A program made the translations under genes and the position numbers. Shown piece by piece: positions 29,179 to 34,120 of a DNA stretch of 34,120 nt. The notes below the pieces were generated by a model. The model saw only the letters and a program-made list of their open reading frames with translations. It searched no databases and was not told where the DNA came from. Within the stretch, counting starts at the first letter, position 1. Each line of letters starts with the position of its first letter. Source of the DNA: Bacteroidota bacterium (GTDB taxonomy: Bacteria; Bacteroidota; Bacteroidia; NS11-12g; UBA955); contig JBEDNI010000003.1 in NCBI GenBank assembly GCA_041170685.1, forward strand, positions 1 to 34,120, in the 5' to 3' direction.

Positions 29179-30159
29179 ATGTCATTATTAGATGTGAGGA
29201 TGGAAGTGATGCGGTCAATGGAAAAGGATGTAGTCGGATTTACAGAGAAATACCTGATACCGCCTGAGCAGATTTGGCAGCCTTCCGATTTTTTACCTGA
29301 TTCACGTGAGGCGAATTTTATACCCAGGGTAAAAGAACTGAAAGAAGCCGCCCTGGAACTGGATTACGATTTCTGGATAGTATTGATTGGCGATATGATA
29401 ACGGAGGAAGCACTGCCTACCTATGAGAGTTGGCTGATGAATGTGCAGGGGGTAGATCAGGAAAATGGGAACGCCTGGAGCAACTGGATTAGACAGTGGA
29501 GTGCAGAAGAAAACAGGCATGGTGATTTACTGAATAAATACCTGTATTTAAGTGGTAGGGTAAACATGAGGGAGGTTGAGGTAAGTACACAATATTTGAT
29601 ATTGGACGGATTTGATCTTGGCTTGGATCGCGACCCATATCGAAACTTCGTTTATACCAGTTTTCAGGAACTTGCCACACACATTTCGCACAAACGGGTG
29701 GGTGAGTTAGCCAGAGAAAAAGGAAATCACCACCTGGAAAAACTTTGCAGAACCATTGCCGGCGATGAAATGCGCCACCATCTGGCGTATCGTGAATTTA
29801 TTAAAAAGATCATAGAGGTGGATGCATCTGAAGTATTGAGTGTATTTGCCGACATGATGAAGCGAAAAATAGCCATGCCGGCCAACCTGCTAAGGCAATC
29901 AGGACAGGCAGTGGGTGAATCATTCCAGGCCTTTGCAGATGCGGCTCAGAGACTGGGTGTTTACACAGCCGAGGACTATGTGGGTATACTAAAGACATTA
30001 TTGGTTCACTGGAATATAGAGGGACTTGGTGGGCTGAATGAAGCAGCTGAAAAATCGCGCGATTATTTGATGGCACTACCTGCCCGCCTGGAAAAACTGT
30101 CTGAAAGAATGAAAGTTCCCTCCGAATCAGTGCAGTTTAAGTGGGTGGATCCTTTGTAA
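29179..30159 (+). CDS. Soluble acyl-ACP desaturase (di-iron, FA_desaturase_2 type)
   Basis: 326 aa. GDMITEEALPTYESWL, WSAEENRHGDLLNKYLYLSGRVNMREVE, YTSFQELATHISH and IAGDEMRHHLAY closely match the six di-iron ligand motifs (E, ExxH, E, ExxH) of plant and mycobacterial stearoyl-ACP desaturases. Confidence 0.9.
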   Translation: MSLLDVRMEVMRSMEKDVVGFTEKYLIPPEQIWQPSDFLPDSREANFIPRVKELKEAALELDYDFWIVLIGDMITEEALPTYESWLMNVQGVDQENGNAWSNWIRQWSAEENRHGDLLNKYLYLSGRVNMREVEVSTQYLILDGFDLGLDRDPYRNFVYTSFQELATHISHKRVGELAREKGNHHLEKLCRTIAGDEMRHHLAYREFIKKIIEVDASEVLSVFADMMKRKIAMPANLLRQSGQAVGESFQAFADAAQRLGVYTAEDYVGILKTLLVHWNIEGLGGLNEAAEKSRDYLMALPARLEKLSERMKVPSESVQFKWVDPL

Positions 30160-30281
30160 CGCCTACCTGAATTGAATGCCTGCCATCCGACCAAAGGCAT
30201 AAAAGAACGGACAAAGGATTGCTCTGTCCAATAATTATTACAGTTCATGGACAACTCCCGTATCTACAGGAAACCCCTCGG

Positions 30282-30289
30282 TATATTTG
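30282..30289 (+). promoter_or_regulatory. -7 box (TATATTTG) upstream of rfbA
   Basis: Exact TAnnTTTG, 10 nt upstream of ATG 30300. Confidence 0.45.
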
Positions 30290-30299
30290 CCCTCGTTTC

Positions 30300-31160
30300 A
30301 TGAAAGGCATCATTCTGGCCGGAGGTTCCGGCACCCGTTTACACCCGCTTACCCTGGCCATGAGCAAACAACTTATGCCGGTTTACGATAAGCCCATGGT
30401 GTACTATCCGCTCTCAACCCTCCTGATGGCCGGTATCAGAGAAGTGCTCATTATTTCCACCCCTCACGATTTACCCCTGTTTGAAAAATTGCTTGGCGAC
30501 GGTTCACAGCTGGGATGCCGTTTTGAATATTGTGTTCAGCCTAAACCTGAAGGACTCGCTCAGGCCTTTATTTTAGGTGAAAAATTTATCGGTAATGACA
30601 ATGTTTGTCTTATTCTGGGCGACAATATTTTCTTTGGGTCAGACCTGATGGAAACCCTTCAGCAGTGCCGGAACCCTCAGGGTGGGATTGTATTTGCCTA
30701 TCATGTTAGTGATCCCGAAAGATACGGCGTAGTAGCATTCGATGCAGAAATGAATGCCCTTTCCATCGAAGAGAAGCCTGCTGTTCCCAAAAGCAATTTT
30801 GCAGTTCCCGGATTGTATTTTTATGATAACGAAGTGGTGGAAATCAGCAAAAACCTGAAACCATCTCCTCGCGGTGAACTGGAAATCACGGATGTTAACA
30901 GAACCTACCTTGCCAATGGTAGACTTAAAGTACAGGTGCTTAGTCGCGGAACTGCCTGGCTGGATACAGGTACTTTCGCTTCACTCATGCAGGCAGGTCA
31001 GTTTGTTCAGGTTATAGAAGAAAGGCAAGGCCTAAAAATTGGCTGTATTGAAGAATTGGCATGGCGAAACGGATACATTGACAATAATCAACTTGAAAAA
31101 ATTGCAACTCCTCTGCAGAAAAGCGGTTACGGCAATTACTTAATCAATTTATTGAAGTGA
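30300..31160 (+). CDS. rfbA: Glucose-1-phosphate thymidylyltransferase
   Basis: 286 aa from ATG 30300: [38 protein letters not shown], with full-length RmlA character. The ORF-track extension to 30219 covers the promoter box. Confidence 0.95.
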   Translation: MKGIILAGGSGTRLHPLTLAMSKQLMPVYDKPMVYYPLSTLLMAGIREVLIISTPHDLPLFEKLLGDGSQLGCRFEYCVQPKPEGLAQAFILGEKFIGNDNVCLILGDNIFFGSDLMETLQQCRNPQGGIVFAYHVSDPERYGVVAFDAEMNALSIEEKPAVPKSNFAVPGLYFYDNEVVEISKNLKPSPRGELEITDVNRTYLANGRLKVQVLSRGTAWLDTGTFASLMQAGQFVQVIEERQGLKIGCIEELAWRNGYIDNNQLEKIATPLQKSGYGNYLINLLK

Positions 31161-34120
31161 AAAAGCGCATATTAATAGGGTTTTTAGTTTGGGTATTAGG
31201 CGTTGAAAGTGTCTACGGGCAGTTTATGTTTCCTGGGATGTTGCCGGGAATGATGCCTGGGTATAGCGGATATACGGATACTTCTAAACCCCAGAATCAG
31301 CCTCAGCCACAAACCCCAAAACCAGCCCAAACTGACAATCAGGGCAATGAGGATAATGAAGATGAAGAAGTGGATCCCGAAGAAAAGAAGAATGAGCTGG
31401 AAGTCAAAAAAATGAATCTTAAAACCCAGCGCATGAAGCTGGAACAGGAATTGGCATACCTTAAAGCAAAAGACCCTGATTTGCTGACACCTGAGGAAAA
31501 AGAAGTTATCAGAATTCAGACCGAAAACCTGAAAATGATTGCCCTGCAAGAGCGCTCAATCATTGAAGAACAGCAAAGAGAATTGGAAAAATTCAAGAAC
31601 AAAAAGAATTTTCCGTCAGCGAGTGTATATGGCCACCAGTTTTTTCGTGATGGCAGTTTTCGATTTTTCCAAAAAACGGATGAAATTGCCGTTACCGATA
31701 ACTATGTGTTGGGAACCGGTGATCAGGTTCAGCTGGAGGTGTGGGGTTACCGATACTGGAGTAAAACCTACGTGGTGAGCCAGTCCGGAAGCATTGACAT
31801 CGAGGGTTATCAGAAGATTTTTGTAAAAGGTCTTTCACTCCAGAAAGTGCGTGAAATGATTGGTTCACGATTGGGATTGGGGGGGCAGGAATCCTCTTTT
31901 TCGGTGACCGTCACCCGTCCCAGAATGGTTAGTGTCAATATTTTTGGCGAAGTGTTCTCGCCCGGAACCTACACGGTGCCCGCCACTAACGGCGCATTTA
32001 ATGTGCTGGTAAGTATGGGGGGGCCAACCGATATTGGTTCTGTAAGGAATATTTACATCAAAAGAGATGGCAAAATCAGGGATTCATTTGATTTGTATGA
32101 ATATTACACAGATGTGAAACATCAGCGGGATGTGTTTCTGCAAAACAACGATTACATCATTGTAGCGCCTGTTGCTAACCTTGTCAATATTGGCGGTGCG
32201 GTGCGCAGGCCCGGCCGCTACGAATTAAAGAATGGAGAAACCATGGCAGACCTGATTCGCTTTGCCGGCGGTTTGCAACCCAATGCGTTTTTGAAAGACA
32301 TTTTATTGAGGCGCATCCGCAACAACGAATATGAGGTGCTGTCGCTTAACTATGACAGTTTGCTCAAAGCGAAAAAGAATTTTGTTATGACCGGTGGTGA
32401 ATCGGTAGAAATTAAATTTATCGGAGTTGATAACCAGTTTATGGTACAAATTTCCGGTGCGGTTTCCGTACCCGGGCACTATAAAGTGAAAAAAGGCATG
32501 CGCATCAGCAGCATGATTAAAAACGCCAATGGACTCACCTCAGATGCATTTACGGAAAGGGGTTTTTTAGTGAGAACATCCAAGTCCCTTGAGAAGAAAT
32601 ACATCAGTTTTAACCCCGCAGATGCCCTGGCAAAGCCCGGAACCTTTGCCGATCTGGAACTGGAAGACCGCGATACCATTGTGATTTACCGACTCACAGA
32701 TTTAAGAAAATTCAATGATGTTAAAATCTCCGGTTCGGTGCGCAGGCCGTTTCAAAAACAATTTATTGCAGGTCTTAAGCTGGGTGAAATGTTGTTTATG
32801 GCGGGTGGTTTAAATGATGAGGCAGACGAAAAAAGCGGTTTTATCATGCGCACAGATGCCAATTTTAACAAACGTTTGATACCGTTTAAGCCCGAAGATG
32901 TAACACCCGGCAGCGAATGGTTTGATTTTGAAATTATGCCCAAGGACGAAATCACGGTATATTCCAAAACAGCCTTCAGGCGCAATTATACATTGTCAGT
33001 AACCGGCCCTGTAAAATCGGGAGGAACCTTTGGATTTAGCGAAAACACGCGTGTGACAGATTTGATTAATCTGGCCGGTGGTATAGAAACAAACACGTTC
33101 AAATCCAGGGCTATTGTGGTGCATACTGACCTCGAGTCCGGCTACCAGAGTTTAAAAACCGTAAACCTTGCCGAAGTGCTCGAAAATCCGGATAGCAAGG
33201 AGAATATAGTACTTCAGAAGAATGACGTGCTGCAGCTGTTTGACCTTAGTGAACTCAAGAATGATTTTATGGTTTCTATCTATGGACCTGTTAGACGTCA
33301 AGGGGAGTATGTTTATGCAGAAAACATGACGCTTCAAAACCTGATAGATGCTGCAGGCGGACTGGAGTTTATTACTGCAGGAACCACCGTGGAAGTGGTA
33401 CGAAACTTTTTCTTCAAAGAGGGTAAATATCAATTCTTAAAACCACAGATTCTCAATACTACCATTACCAGCAACCTGAGTTTTGATGACCGTCTGGTGA
33501 ATATGCAGCTTCAGCCATTTGATAAAGTATTTGTGCGTAAAAACCCCAATTTTGTTCCTTTGAAGCTCGTATTTATTGATGGTGCTATCAACTATCCCGG
33601 ATATTATGCGCTGCAATCAGAAAACGACAAACTGGCCACCATTATTAAACGCGCAGGCGGTTATCGTCCCAACGCCAACCCCAAAGGCAGCCGTTTGCGC
33701 AGAAGCCAGGCCCCCGGTGATACATTGGATATTGTGTTGAAAACACCCAAGGCCATGAGCGACCGCAAGTCGCGTTTTAATCACATCATGAAGGACGGGG
33801 ATTACATTTATGTTCCTTACACAGATAACCTGGTATACCTGACCGGTGATTTGAACAAACAAAGCCCCAACGACATTGGAGCATACTACCTCAGAAACAA
33901 ACGCGCCAAGTTCTACATCAAGTTCTTTGGCGGCGGTTTCACCAACACCTCCGATAAAAAGAAAGTGGTGGTGGTGTATCAGGGTGGGCGACGCATTGCT
34001 ACACGGAATTATGTGTTGTTCAAAGTATACCCCAAAGTCAAACCGGGTTGTACCATTGTGGTGAACAACCGCATGAAAACAGAAGAACCCTACAAGCAGC
34101 GTAAACGTTTCAGTGTGGAT
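31157..34120 (+). CDS. Polysaccharide export outer-membrane protein, Wza-like with multiple SLBB domains (partial, continues beyond window)
   Basis: Not in the ORF track because there is no stop before the window end. The frame is open for 988 codons from GTG 31157, which overlaps the rfbA stop. Signal peptide [22 protein letters not shown]. Poly_export-like [15 protein letters not shown]. Seven to eight repeats of the SLBB pattern G-x-V-x-x-P-G-x-Y ... AGG. Confidence 0.85.
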   Translation, partial: MKKRILIGFLVWVLGVESVYGQFMFPGMLPGMMPGYSGYTDTSKPQNQPQPQTPKPAQTDNQGNEDNEDEEVDPEEKKNELEVKKMNLKTQRMKLEQELAYLKAKDPDLLTPEEKEVIRIQTENLKMIALQERSIIEEQQRELEKFKNKKNFPSASVYGHQFFRDGSFRFFQKTDEIAVTDNYVLGTGDQVQLEVWGYRYWSKTYVVSQSGSIDIEGYQKIFVKGLSLQKVREMIGSRLGLGGQESSFSVTVTRPRMVSVNIFGEVFSPGTYTVPATNGAFNVLVSMGGPTDIGSVRNIYIKRDGKIRDSFDLYEYYTDVKHQRDVFLQNNDYIIVAPVANLVNIGGAVRRPGRYELKNGETMADLIRFAGGLQPNAFLKDILLRRIRNNEYEVLSLNYDSLLKAKKNFVMTGGESVEIKFIGVDNQFMVQISGAVSVPGHYKVKKGMRISSMIKNANGLTSDAFTERGFLVRTSKSLEKKYISFNPADALAKPGTFADLELEDRDTIVIYRLTDLRKFNDVKISGSVRRPFQKQFIAGLKLGEMLFMAGGLNDEADEKSGFIMRTDANFNKRLIPFKPEDVTPGSEWFDFEIMPKDEITVYSKTAFRRNYTLSVTGPVKSGGTFGFSENTRVTDLINLAGGIETNTFKSRAIVVHTDLESGYQSLKTVNLAEVLENPDSKENIVLQKNDVLQLFDLSELKNDFMVSIYGPVRRQGEYVYAENMTLQNLIDAAGGLEFITAGTTVEVVRNFFFKEGKYQFLKPQILNTTITSNLSFDDRLVNMQLQPFDKVFVRKNPNFVPLKLVFIDGAINYPGYYALQSENDKLATIIKRAGGYRPNANPKGSRLRRSQAPGDTLDIVLKTPKAMSDRKSRFNHIMKDGDYIYVPYTDNLVYLTGDLNKQSPNDIGAYYLRNKRAKFYIKFFGGGFTNTSDKKKVVVVYQGGRRIATRNYVLFKVYPKVKPGCTIVVNNRMKTEEPYKQRKRFSVD

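Noticed and set aside
30176-30229. Two small hairpins after the desaturase stop: ATGCCT/AGGCAT with a 13-nt loop, and GGACA/TGTCC with an 11-nt loop.
   Set aside because: The stems are only 5-6 bp, the loops are large and there is no T-run. Such structures are expected by chance in 140 bp.
29039-30299. Both spacers flanking the desaturase gene are exactly 140 bp (29039-29178 and 30160-30299). I looked for direct or inverted repeats that would mark an inserted cassette.
   Set aside because: I saw no shared repeat or similarity between the two spacers by eye, so the equal length looks coincidental. No recombinase or other mobile-element gene is nearby.
31196-31778. A 117-aa minus-strand ORF (31196-31549) and a 79-aa plus-strand ORF (31539-31778) in a region with no long ORF in the track.
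   Set aside because: The region is covered by the Wza-like ORF, which is open to the window end and so is missing from the track. The minus ORF is the Phe/Leu-rich antisense shadow of the Lys/Glu-rich coiled-coil segment.
751-34064. Numerous 60-190 aa ORFs in the track lying antisense to, or out of frame within, the long genes. Examples: 2537-2926, 10388-10897, 11878-12324, 16010-16594, 18432-18872, 20389-20934, 26345-26782, 33617-33862.
   Set aside because: Each is fully embedded in a longer ORF that has clear family motifs. Their translations are low-complexity or rich in Cys, His and Arg, with no recognisable motifs, as expected for shadow ORFs.
1-34120. I scanned for CRISPR repeats, tRNA/rRNA genes, IS elements, integrases, phage genes, toxin-antitoxin pairs and known defence-system signatures.
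   Set aside because: None were seen. Non-coding gaps are 140 bp or less and lack tRNA-like or repeat structure. No ORF shows transposase, integrase, nuclease or defence hallmarks by eye.

Overview
Gene-dense chromosomal segment of about 27 genes with almost no non-coding DNA. It looks like a Bacteroidota genome: exact TAnnTTTG -7 boxes sit in front of genes, Shine-Dalgarno sequences are not obvious, lipoboxes are present, and the envelope proteins are of Porin_10, DUF5916 and multi-SLBB types. From left to right:
- Polysaccharide genes (partial SDR epimerase-like, GT4, AsnB-type amidotransferase, GT4), translationally coupled to purK.
- Housekeeping frr, tatA and gatA.
- An MltD/LysM-like protein whose catalytic Glu appears to be replaced.
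- A frameshifted DUF5916 outer-membrane gene, an MsbA-like ABC exporter and a DUF1684 lipoprotein.
- An uncharacterised lipoprotein plus predicted beta-barrel pair, next to a small membrane protein and a putative porin.
- A FAH-family hydrolase.
- A tightly coupled RDD / SpoIIM-like / DUF4129 / DUF4350 / MoxR AAA+ / DUF58 module. This is the most system-like and functionally unknown part of the window.
- An rfbD-like reductase, a plant-type soluble acyl-ACP desaturase, rfbA, and a very large multi-SLBB Wza-like exporter that runs off the right edge.

I found no rRNA, tRNA, CRISPR array, transposase or integrase. All family assignments come from motif recognition by eye, not from database searches.
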